The position numbers and the translations under genes are program-made. A stretch of DNA of 64,000 nt, from assembly GCF_018977255.1 (NCBI RefSeq), contig NW_024704742.1:18540001-18604000 (forward strand). The letters are read 5' to 3'. Every line of letters starts with the position of its first letter. The first letter of the stretch is position 1. This stretch comes from Callorhinchus milii. Taxonomy: Eukaryota. This document shows positions 52,800 through 64,000 of this stretch, one piece after another. The notes below the pieces were generated by a model that worked only from the letters and a program-made list of their open reading frames with translations, searched no databases and had not been told where the DNA came from.

Positions 52800-54168
52800 C
52801 CTTTTCATGCCCTCTTTGAACCCCTCCAATCCAGCTTCCGCGCTGCCCACAGCACGGAAACAGCCCTGGTCAAAGTCACTAAAGACATTCTGAACATCTG
52901 TGATCAGGGCTCCCTTTGCCTCCTTGTCCTCCTCGACCTCTCTGCCGCCTTCGACATTGTTGACCACTCCATCCTCATACACTGCTTATCCTCTTTACTT
53001 AATCTTCATGGACCTACCCTTGCCTGGATCAATTCCTATCACTCTCATCGTCTCCACTTTGTTGCCTCTAACAGTTTCTCCTCCAGCCCCCGCATTGTCA
53101 CATCTGGGGTCCCCCAGGGCTCTGTCCTTGGCCCTCTCCTCTTTAATATCTACATATCTTGGTGACATCGTCCGCAGACATGGGGTCAACTTCCACATGT
53201 ATGCAGATGATACCCAACTCTATCTTTCTGCCTCTGCACTCAACTCCAGGACCACTACTGTCCTGATAGACCGCCGGTCGGACATCGAGTCCTGGATGAG
53301 GGCAAATTCCCTACAGTTGAATGTGAAGAAGACTGAGGCCCTCCTGATTGGCTCACGCCAGCGCCTCAGCACCTCAGGCTCTGGCAGCATCAACCTCCAT
53401 GGTTGCTCACTTCAACTCACCAGCCAGTCAGGAACCTAGGTGTCTTGTTTGACCCTCAACTGTCTTTTCTCCCCCAGATTCAAGCCATGACCCGCTTTGC
53501 CTTCCCTCATCTCCATAACATCGCCCGACTCCACCACTACCTCACCCCTCAGGCCGCTGAAACTCTTATTCATACCTTCATCACCTCCAGGCTCGACTAC
53601 GCAAACGCCCTGCTTGTCAGCCTTCCCGACTCCTCCCTCCACAGGCTGCAGATAATCCAGAACTCTACAGCCCGTGTCCTCTCCCGCACCAAACTCCGTG
53701 ATCCCATCTCCCCCATTCTCGCCCGACTCCATTGGCTCCCTAACCTTCAGAGGATCCAGTTCAAGATCCTGGTCCTCACATACAAAGCCCTACATGGCCT
53801 CGCCGCACCCTACCTTTGTGACCTCCTAACCCCCTACCAAACTGCCCGTTCCCTCCGCTCAGCCGGCTCTGGCCTGCTCTACGTCACCCGACCCACCCGA
53901 CCCATCATTGGCAGGAGAGCCTTCAGCCACTCTCCTCCAACCTCTGGAATTCCATCCCCCATTCACTCCGCCTCGCCCCCTCTTTAGCCTCCTTCAAGTC
54001 CCACCTCAAGACCCTCCTCTTCAGCCATGTCATCGGCCACCCCCCTTCCCGTCCCCTCTCTTCTTCCCCCCATGACCCCAGCTCAGGTCTGAAATGCTGT
54101 ACACTGTCCAGTGCCTTGGGACGTCCTCCTGACATGAAAGGCGCTATACAAATGTAATCTTGTTGTTT
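52800..54168 (+). mobile_element. 5'-truncated L2, RT region
   Basis: ORFs 52900-53987: [11 protein letters not shown]…TSRLDYAN…RIQFKILVL; GTT tail. Confidence 0.97.
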
Positions 54169-54488
54169 TTACGCTGAGAGGATGTCTTAATTCACAGAAT
54201 ATACTGCAAAATGGAGTGTCCGTGTATCTTTTAGGTGAAGGGTAATCCCTTACCCCCCAAAAAATAATTTGTTCCCACAATCCACGACTGTTTGTGGGGC
54301 ACTGCTGTGTGCTGCCGAGTTTCGCCACAAAATATAGTCAATCCACTTTTCATTATACTCTGTGAAGCACTTTGAGACATCTCAACAAAGTGATAAGGTG
54401 CTATATCAAATACAAAGATTATTATAATAACATAAACCTTACTTACAGCACACTCTCATATTTAATTCCAGGTGACAATTGTGTTACA

Positions 54489-54555
54489 ATTATTAACTAG
54501 TCAGTTAGTTAGTTATTAACTATTATTAACAATTATTACCTAGTCAGTTAGTTAT
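54489..54555. repeat. Low-complexity tandem repeat (AATTATTAnCTAGTCAGTTAGTTA x2)
   Basis: Seen directly. Confidence 0.8.
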
Positions 54556-55234
54556 GAGACAGTGATTGCTGCTGGATATTGGTAATTTAGTGCCAACTGA
54601 GAAGGTAGGATTGCAGATCCTGCAATTCTCCAGATGCTGAGATTATAGTCTGAGCTGTGCTGGTCTGAGGCTGAACATATTGCAGCAGAGAGGGTGAGGA
54701 GGTAACTAGAAGACACTCAGTAATGTTTAAACAATTCATTTAATAACTGTGACAACTATTCACATATGTTGTCTACACCCATTGTAAGTCCACATTTGAG
54801 GTCCATAAAATGAGATCCCACGAGATAAAAATCCAACAGTGCATGTTATAGTGCAACATGTTATAGTTTACATAAGGTCTGTCATCTGTGGGAACCATTA
54901 GAAGGAAACTGAGTTGAATAACTGCAGGAGATCAGGGGAGACGGGAAAGTTGGTGAAAGAAAATTGGCAAAAGGAAAGAAATCCTGAGTTGTGTAACTAT
55001 TTTGTAAGGCACAGCAGGAAATATGTTAATTATCTATATTATGTACACTAGTGTATTATAAATGTTGTGGTGTTGGCATGGTCAGAACTCGACCTCCCAC
55101 AACCCCCTCCACACCCCAGTTGCGTTATAATAAGAGTTGTTTCCTGAGATAGGCATGCCTCTGGGAACAAACCTTCAGTGTGAAAGTGGATGGAATTTAT
55201 TGAAGAGGAAGCTAGATATCCACATGAGAGAGAA

Positions 55235-55605
55235 GGGTCAAGCCCCACATTGGGACTTGGAATCACATAGTCTGAGCTAACACTCCATTGCAGTGCTGGA
55301 GGGGTGTTGCAATGTCAGAGGTGCCGTCCTTCGGATGAGATGTTAAACCAAGGTCTGTGCATATGGATGGTAAAGATCCCATGGCAGTATCCACAAAAGA
55401 AATGAAGGTATTTTCCAGTGTCCTGTCCAAAAATCCCAATCCCCCATATAAGATTGATTACTCATGGCTGTTTGTAGGACATTGCTGTGTGCAATTGGCT
55501 GCCAAATTTGACCCCCAAAATGCACAGTTAATCCTGTTAAACTCTTTGCGCTGTCTCGGCGATGTGATAAGGCACTAAATCAAAATGCAAGGATTATTAT
55601 TATTA
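55235..55605 (+). mobile_element. Best-preserved Deu-domain SINE in the window
   Basis: GAGGTGCCGTCCTTCGGATGAGATGTTAAACCAAGG…AAAGATCCCATGGCA…GCTGTGTGCAATTGGCTGCC, resembling the SacSINE1/AmnSINE1 Deu core as I recall it. Confidence 0.8.
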
Positions 55606-58600
55606 TAGAAAGGTATGGGAGGAAAAAGTAGTGGTTGAAGACTCATGAGGAGTATAAACACTGGCACGGACTAGTTGCACCAGCAGCCTGTTTTTGTGCT
55701 GGTCACTCTATAAATCTATGTAAAAATCTATGAAAGGATTTGGAGTTTTATAGTGCCTCGTTACATCAAAAATAATAATAATAATCCTTGCATTTGATAT
55801 AGCACCTTTCACATTGGGAGGACATTTTAAAGCTCTTCATAGGACTTACTGTAAAGTGTAATGAATGTGTACATAACCCAGATTGCTTTCACCATCACAA
55901 TTGACGCATCAAAACTGACAGATAATGGAGGGTGTTCAGATCTCCTCAGCTTTCAGAACTTTCTCCAATAAAACTTCTGGAACATTGGACACCAAATAAA
56001 ACCCATGCACAGCAGTGATTGTGTTTTCCCGGCGTAAATTTAGGCCATGGATTTATTCTTATAAAAAAAATGGAATTAAATGTATTCAGTCTGAATAACA
56101 GATGAAAGAGCATTGTCCGTTTAATGAAAAAAAGGCATTGACATTGCATCCACTAGGTGGAGTGGTAGCCAGCTTTGTGCCGCGTTCCAAGTTAGTCCTT
56201 TTTGGAACAAAGTTTGTTTGGATCGGATACATCGTGCGCGCTTTACCTCAGCGAATGTATAATACAATGCAAATTTATTTGTATATAGCACTTTTCACAT
56301 CGGGAGGACATCCTAGGTGCTTAAACAATGGTGTAGGTACAAATGATGTCCTGCAAAGCGGCACCTCAAAGGCTTCTCCCACTATGAAAACTATGGCCCT
56401 GCTTAGCGGGAACTGTAGACGATGGCTTCAGCATTTCCATTATACTTTGGACGCTCTTATTATCAGCAAGCTTTTTCAAAACACGTTAATGGCATTTTTG
56501 AATCCTTGCACAGCAACAAGCTGGCTACCACTCCAGGTGTGGTTTACTGGGATGCACATGACAGTTTGGTGCAAATTTCTGCTTTAATTATGTTTTCAAA
56601 AATAAATTGTCCCTTAATTTATTTTAGTCTGTGACAAGCAATTGTGAATTGCTTCTCTTTGTGAGTTGTGAGTTCGATTTTAAAAATGACACTGTATCTC
56701 TTCTTGTTGTGTTGTTCTGGTTTCAATATACAGCAGAGCAGCCAGCAGTAAGACTATCGTTCACCTTTCATTAAATAAAATTCTGAAAGAAAAAAAGGCA
56801 AGGTGGAAAGTTGTTGAAAAGAAAATCTGACCAACAAAACAGAATCTAAATTTACCTGACTATTCCCTGGTTTATTTTAACAGTTGAGTTTTGCGTAGCA
56901 TTGATCAAATACAGTTTGGGATTATAAACAGCATTTGTGCAAGAGTATAAATTTAAACATCATGGGTTCCTGTGAAAAGGAATACTCTTTAGTGCTTTAT
57001 ACAACTTGTCAAGGGCAATTGCTTAACAAAGAGAAATCATACTGAAGATCCTTGGTTTGTGCCATGACAAGATAAAAGGGAAACCAGACTGCAACAAAGC
57101 CATCTAGATTTCAATTAACTGCTGTGATTTAGCCTTTCAAACAGCAGTTCCCAGTATCAGATTTAACGTGTGCTGTAGACAGGACTCTCTGAGTTTTCAG
57201 TTAAGTAGAAAGTTGTTTTAACAAATATCACAGTCAAAAATGAACCCTTAATCTTTTCTTGCACATATCTACTAACGTTTACCATATGTAAATGGATCGG
57301 TCAAGGTGAAGGGTATTGTGTTACTTCTGACATAAGACATATTGCTTTAAACCAGAAAAAAGACTGTATTTTTATGCTACGTAGCATCACATTGTGAACA
57401 GTTCTAAATAAGATGCATTTTGATGCTTAACCTCAGATTGGATCAACTGCACTGGTCAGAAGACACAGATAAGCAATTTCTCAAAACACAATGATAACTG
57501 GATTTAGTTGAGTAAAATCCTTAATTATAACTTTTGCATTATAGGTGACTTTGTCAATCCAAAAATGAGTATGTTTCTTTTGACATGTTATTTTCCAATT
57601 ATTCCTAAAGCTTTTCAGTTTTCAGCACTATTTCAATGATGTTCAGAGCACCTATTTCAAAATATATATAACCAGTTCCAGGTAGCAGGGACCCTTCCCA
57701 CCAGCTCCTGTTACCCCTGCCTGGACAGGTTGGATGGTGTTATCTGGACAAGCAGCAGGAATCTTGCCAGACAGTGCTCTCAGTGACAAGTTGTGCAGTT
57801 TTAGCTGGTTAAACTAAGCACAAATATGGGCCATTTGTTACTGAATTTACAGCTTTGCTCGCAGAGATCATAATTATGATTGTGAGATACTATCTTTTAA
57901 CAACAACAGCTTCCATTTATACAGTGCCCTTCACGAAAGATAACATCTCACAGTGCTGCACAGTGGTGGGATTGTACACTGAGCAAGGGAGAAAGAGTTG
58001 GGAAGATGACCATATGTGCGGTTGAAGAGTAACCTTATGGTAACCTATGGAGTGGGTCGGTTGAGTTACCAAGTCTGGCTCTGTAGGAGAAGTGAATGTA
58101 TCTCGCCCACAAAATATAGTTAATTCACTTTACAGTATATATCCTGTGAAGCGCTTTGAGACGTCTCAAAGACGTGATAAGACGCGATATCAAATGCAAG
58201 GATTATTACTAATATTATTATTAATAACGTTAAATCTCAGCCTCCTTCAGTGCAAATCAGGACACGTTTATCACCATTTTAATTTTGAGAATTTTGTCCA
58301 TTGATATTTTCTGTGAAATAAAATTGATCCAATTTTTTTGCGGATGTTTGCTAATCTGACTGGGTTAACGGCATGCTTTCATTTTATCTCTGGGCAAAAT
58401 CTATCAAAAGAGTGGAAGTGGAAATCTTCTTTTATACACTATTTGCCTATCTACGTTCAATAAAATGAAATGGCAGCAACATGGTTAAAGGTGTGAGGCG
58501 ATCAGAAGTTGCTGCATGCCAAAACAAACATCGGTGTGATAAAAGCTCAGATATACCAACGCCTTCTCACTCACTGTTGGCTAAATACGCAGAGTCAGCA

Positions 58601-58991
58601 AAAATCATGATCCAAAATTGAACTGGCTCGAACAACATCCGTTATGGCAGACTGAGCCAAGATCGAGGGCTTTTTCTTTCTGCTTTGAAACCTTGGTTCC
58701 AGTCTTTTAAGAGGATTCCTGTGAGATTTTACAAGATTTAAAATAAATCAAAATAAATCAATCTTGCCAGATTGAAACATTTTTCTTCTGAGATTCATTC
58801 AGCGATATCCTCCCAGTGACATTGTACAATTGCCAGAAAGTAATCATAGATTAGAATCATAGAATTATATAGCACAGAAGGAGGCCATTCTGCCCATCGT
58901 GTCTGTGCCGGCTCTTTGAAAAGAGCTGTCCAATTCAATCCCACTCTCTCTCTCCATAGCCCTGCAAACTTGTCCTCACAAATAATTGGAA

Positions 58992-59303
58992 TGGAGTCCT
59001 GTAGCTCAGTGGTTAGAGCATCGCCTTGCAAGCGAGACACCTGGGTTCAATTCCAGGCAGGACGAAACCTTGGGCAAGTTTCCTGACTCCACACGCCTAA
59101 TAATAATCCCTCCAAAAAACAAAACAATAATAAATTGGTCATTTTCAATCCATGACTGTTTTTGGGACACTGCTGTGCGCAATTGGCTGCTGTGTTTTGC
59201 CCACAAATATACGGTCAATTTACCTTACAGTCTATTCTGTGAAGAGCTTTGAAACATCGAGAAGACGTGAAAAGCGCTATATGAAATGCAAGGATTATTA
59301 TTA
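58992..59303 (+). mobile_element. tRNA-SINE within the CR1
   Basis: A/B boxes, body and tail; ATAATT on both flanks. Confidence 0.95.
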
Positions 59304-59442
59304 TAATTATCTACTTCTCTCTTAGAAGTTGTTATCGAATTGACTTCCACCACCCTTTTAGGCAATGCATTCCAGATCTGAACAACTCGCTGTGTGAAAA
59401 AATTCCTCCTCACCTCCTCTCTGTTTCTTTTAACAACTATTT

Positions 59443-60507
59443 GTCCTCTTCACCCTCTACATGCTCCCCCTCGGTGACATCATCCGCAGACATGGGGTTA
59501 ACTTCCACATGTATGCGGATGACACCCAACTCTACCTTTCCTCCTCTACCCTCAACTCCATGACCACCGATGTCCTGACAGCCTGCCTGTCTGACATCGA
59601 GTCCTGGACGAGAGATAACTTTCTTCAGCTCAACGTGCGTAAAACTGAGGCCCTCCTGATTGGCTCACGTCAGCGCCTCCGCACCTCAATCCGCTGACAG
59701 CATCAGCATCCAAGGCTGCACTCTCCACCTCTCAAAGCCATCAGGAACCTCGGTGTTCTGTTCGACCCTGAGCTGTCCTTTCTCCCTCATATCCGCACCA
59801 CAACTGGCACTGCCTTCCATCACCTCCGGAATATCGCCAGACTACGGCACTACCTCACCCCTCACGCTGCTGAAACCCTGGTCCACACCTTTGTCACCTC
59901 AAGGCTGGACTATGGGAACTCTCTCCTCGCCGGCCTTCCCGCCACCTCCCTCCACAAGCTGCAGGTCATTCAGAACTCTGCAGCTCGTGTACTGTCCTGC
60001 ACCGGGTTTCACGACCACATCACTCCCACCCTCGCTCGCCTCCACTGGCTCCCCATCCCCCAGAGCATCGAATTCAAGATCCTCATCCTCACCTACAAGG
60101 CCATTCACGGCCTTGCTCCCTCCTACCTCTCCAACCTACTATCCCCCTAACTACCCGCCCGTACCCTCCGTTCCTCTGGCTCCGGTCTGCTCCACATCCC
60201 CCGCCCCAACCGCCCTACCATCGGTGGCCGGGCCTTCAGCCTCTCAGCCCCGAGGCTCTGGAACTCTATCCCCCAGTTCCTTCGCCGCCTCCTCCCTTTC
60301 CTCCTTCAAAGCCGGTCTCAAGACCTTTCTCTTTGACCGAGCCTTCAGCTCCCCTCTCGACTCTCTACCCCCTCCTCGCTCCCTCCCTTCCCTCCCCTCA
60401 CCCTGACCATTTCCCCCCAATGCTCGGGTCCTGACCCAACTGTACAGCGCCTTGGGATGTCCTCCCGACGTGAAAGGTGCTCTATAAATGGAATCTTGTT
60501 GTTGTTG
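59443..60507 (+). mobile_element. Young L2 within the CR1
   Basis: MYADDTQLY; (GTT)n tail; TATTT on both flanks (59438-42 and 60508-12). Confidence 0.97.
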
Positions 60508-61044
60508 TATTTTAAATCGGTGTCCTTGGGTTACCAACTCACCCGCCAGTGGAAATACTTTCTCCACGTTCACCCTGTCGAATCCCCTCATAATTTTGAA
60601 AACTTCCATTAAGTCTCCTCTTAATCTTCTCTGCTCCAAGGAGAATAATCCTGGTTTCTCCAGCCTCTCCTGATAACTGAAGTCCCTCATTCCTGGTATC
60701 ATCCTGGTAAATCTCCTTTGCACCCACTCCGATGCCTTGACATCCTCCCTAAAGTGTGGTGCCCAGAACTGAACACAGTCTCTAGCTGAGGCCTAACCAG
60801 TGTTTTATAAAGGTTCATCAAGACTTCCTGACTTTTGTATGCTCTGCCCCTATTTATAAGGCGAAGTATCCCGTATCCTTTGCTTAACAGCTCTATCCAC
60901 CTGTCCTGCCACCTTCAAAGATTTACTTATATGAACCCCCAGGTCTCTCTGTTCCTTCACCCCCTTTAAGATTGTACCATCAGCTTATATTGCCTCTCCT
61001 CATTCTTCCTCCCAAAATGCATCACTTCGCATTTCTCCACGTTA

Positions 61045-61369
61045 TAATAATAATTATAATAATAATCCTTGCATTTCATATAGCGCTTTTCACGTTTTCT
61101 CGATGTTTCAAAGCTCTTCACAAAATAGACTGTAAGGTAAAATGACCGTATATTTGTGGGCAAAACGCAGCAGCCAATTGCGCACAGCAGTGTCCCAAAA
61201 ACAGTCATGGATTGAAAATGACCAATTTATTATTGTTTTGGTTTTGGAGGCATTATTATTAGGCGTGTGGAGTAAGGAAACTTGCCCAAGGTTTCGCCCT
61301 GCCTGGAATTGAACTCAGGTCTCTCGATTGCAAGGCGAGTGCTCTAACCACTGAGCTACAGGACTCCAC
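61045..61369 (-). mobile_element. tRNA-SINE within the CR1
   Basis: Full length; CTCCACGTTA at 61035-44 and 61364-73. Confidence 0.95.
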
Positions 61370-62053
61370 GTTAAACTTCATCTGCTACGTGTCTGCCCAT
61401 TTTATCAGTCTGTCTATTTCCATTCGCAATCTGCTACTATCCTCCTCACTGTTTACTACTTTTCCTAGCTTAGTATCATCTGCAAACTTGGAATTTGTAC
61501 TCCCTATACCCAAGTCCAGGTCATTTATATGGATCAAAAACAGCAGTGGTCCCAATACTGACCCCTGGGGGCCACTGCTGCACACTTCCCTCCAGTCAGA
61601 AAAACAATCGTTCCCCACCACTCTCTGCTTTCTGTCTCCCAGCCAGTTCTGTATCCATGCTGCCATAGTCTGTGGGCTTCTATTTTGCTTACAAGTCTCT
61701 TACGTGGCACTTTATCAAACCTCTTTTGAAAATGCATATAAACTGTATCAACTGCCCTACCTTCATCCACCCTTTCCATTATTTCATCAAAAAAAGGCTA
61801 ATGCAGTATGAAGGGCGTTTTGCATGTGTGTGTGTCTGTGATTGACAAACACAGTCATGGAAGTGGAATGCGAGTTGAACATGGGCTAACAATAAAGGTG
61901 TTCGAACCCTTTGGACAGGGAGGAGGGAAAGTAAACTGCTCTCAGGAATCTGGAAGTCTGATCCCTGGAAAATATCATGAATGCCACTTCTAGATACAAA
62001 TTTGCTTGTATTTTAGATGACTTATTCCATTAGAGGTTTTGGGTGTCAAAGTC

Positions 62054-62409
62054 AATAATAATAATAATCCTTGCATTTGATATAGCGCTTTTCTCATATT
62101 CTAGATATCTCAAAGCGCTTCGCAGAATATACTGTAAAGTGAATTGACTATATATTTGTGGGCAAAACGCGGCAGCCAATTGTGCACAGCAGTATCTCGC
62201 AAACAGTCATGAATTAAGTTACCATATTATTATTGTTTTTTTCTTGAGGGATTTTTATCCCCGGAAAAGTGATCCGGATTCCTACTTACTGCTAGGTAAA
62301 CAGAAGCGTGTGGAGTAAGGGAAGTTGCCCAACATTTCACCCTGCTGGGAATAGAACCTAGGTCCCTTGCTTGCAAGGCGAGTACTCTAACCACTGAGCT
62401 ACAGGAGTC
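62054..62409 (-). mobile_element. Full-length tRNA-SINE (longer, older subtype)
   Basis: Tail, body, TACTTACTGCTAGGTAAACAG segment and head. Confidence 0.95.
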
Positions 62410-62714
62410 TGATGTGTATGTGCCTCCTCCACTTCTTGTGCATCAAACCCTCTTTGTTATCTTTGGACATTCATAAATGTTACAGTGTCTCACCCCTTCA
62501 AATCCTCACAAGTCACCTCCACTATTTTTTTAGCTTGTCAAGCAAAAACTCCAGACTCTTCATCCATTCCTTGGCCTCCTTCCTTCTACGTTACACTACA
62601 GACTACATTACTGTTAATTGAAGAACCTAATTGACAGAAAGGACTTCTTTTGTTGGGAATCTATTCTATGTGTTTTTTCTTGGTCGGCCGGGTGACACAT
62701 GAGCAAACCCATCT

Positions 62715-63215
62715 CAACACCATAGAATCCATATAGCACAGAAGAATATGATTGTGTCTTTGAAAGAGTAATCCGTTGAATCAGATTTACCTGCCTTTTC
62801 TCCCTGCAAATTACTCCCTTGTATATATATATATAAACAGTTATTCTTTGAAAGCTTATATGGATTTTATCTTGATCTCTGCACCTGGCAGAGCATTCCA
62901 CATCTTTATAATTTTCAGTTTAAAAAAAATTCCTCCTAATCTCCCCATTTGCTACATTACTAACGGTCTTAAATGGGTACCCTCTTTTTTGCTGTGTTAA
63001 AATCCCTCAAAATTTTAAAATCCTTTGTTTAGTCTCCCTTCAACCTTCTTGATTCCAATGAAAGTAAAGCCACTTCCTCTAGTGCGGTATAATACCAGTA
63101 AATCGCTGTACCCTCTCTTAGGTCGTGACATCTTCCTAAAGTGAGGCGATCAAACCTGGACACAATACTTGTAGCTGCAGTGTAACTAACGATTCATGCA
63201 AGTTCAGTACCATTC
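62715..63215 (-). mobile_element. Old CR1 3' fragment
   Basis: CATAGAATCCATATAGCACAGAAG…GCATTCCACATC…TCTCCCTTCAACCTTCT. Confidence 0.75.
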
Positions 63216-63419
63216 TTTGATATTCATAGTGGCAACCATGATACCAGAATATAATGCAGAAATGTTACCTGGATCTTGATTTTACTGTGCTATTAATCCT
63301 CCCCACACTGCTTCAATGTGATTTTGAAGGTAGGATGCCCATTTCTTGCAAGGAGAGAGCAAGGAGCAAAATGAACTGACCAATGCTTAACATCTTAATG
63401 ATGATGCAACGTCTTATAA

Positions 63420-63690
63420 CAACTTAAATTACATTTGTATAGTGTCTTTCAACTCAGGAGGATGTCCTAAGGTGCTAGACAGGCAATGATTTGGAGTGGT
63501 GGAGTGCAGGGAGGATAGGAGTAGGAGAGTGGCCGAAGGCACAGTTGAAGAGGAAGGTCTTGAAACGTGTCTTGAAGGAGGCAAGGGAGGGAGCAAGGTA
63601 AAGGGAATGTGGGATGTAGTTCCAAACGGTGGGGGTAGAGAGGCTGAAGGCCTGGTCACTGATGGTGGGGCAGGCTGGATGGGGTAGACT
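63420..63690 (-). mobile_element. L2 3' fragment
   Basis: QAFSLSTPTVWNYIP…FKTRFKTFLFNCAF. Confidence 0.85.
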
Positions 63691-64000
63691 TGGAGGAAGC
63701 CAGAAACTGCTTAGCGGAGGGAGCAGACAGTTTGATATAAACTTGCCTTTGTATAGCACTCTTCACGTGGATAGCTTAACAAATGCAGAGTTTGATGCAG
63801 AGCCGGGGGAGAAAGGGGAGCTCCGTGAAATTTTTTTTAAAAAAATTATGTGGTCATATGATTTGTATTCCCAGACTTTTCAATCTGTAACAAAAAGAGC
63901 AGCAGCTGGATGTTTTGGTGGCTTGACAATTTTCGTTAAATGAAGAAATTGCATTTGGAGTTATAGCGATGAAGAACCATTGAATGATTCACTTGTTAAG

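Larger units (their letters stand above)
58842..61788 (-). mobile_element. CR1 LINE (RT to 3' tail) carrying two SINEs and one L2
   Basis: FQKRFDKVP; PQGSVLGPLLF; KFADDTKLG; LFSLEQRRLRGDL; RRNFFTQRVV; AATCATAGA tail; pieces are collinear. Confidence 0.95.

Noticed and set aside
56102..56587. 161-aa ORF
   Set aside because: It crosses an L2 tail remnant (~56270-56320) and has no recognisable motif
325..60507. L2 orientation shift (mostly minus before ~42 kb, plus after)
   Set aside because: Too few independent insertions, with exceptions on both sides
8161..62409. Recurring near-identical motifs read as a CRISPR-like array
   Set aside because: Dispersed SINE/LINE ends in both orientations with no regular spacers; vertebrate DNA

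Overview
Eukaryotic, CpG-poor, repeat-dense vertebrate DNA, either intergenic or inside a very large intron. The repeat inventory points to a cartilaginous fish (inference): L2 LINEs with (GTT)n tails, CR1 LINEs with ATTCTATG-type tails, tRNA-derived SINEs that share the L2 3' end, older Deu-domain SINEs, and shark-type Penelope terminal repeats. I found no recognisable host protein-coding gene. Every longer ORF is a decayed L2/CR1 reverse-transcriptase fragment, its antisense shadow, or SINE noise. The most interesting signals are: (1) a minimal hammerhead-ribozyme core in a Penelope-type repeat; (2) a SINE series whose youngest members share the 3' stem-loop sequence of the young L2; (3) an inverted SINE pair sharing private variants; (4) a locally templated ~200-bp insertion; (5) a micro-inversion at an L2 insertion site; (6) a ~180-bp palindromic element; (7) several nested insertions with readable target-site duplications (TSDs). 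I do not see a wholly new coding system here. Boundaries of old repeats are approximate.
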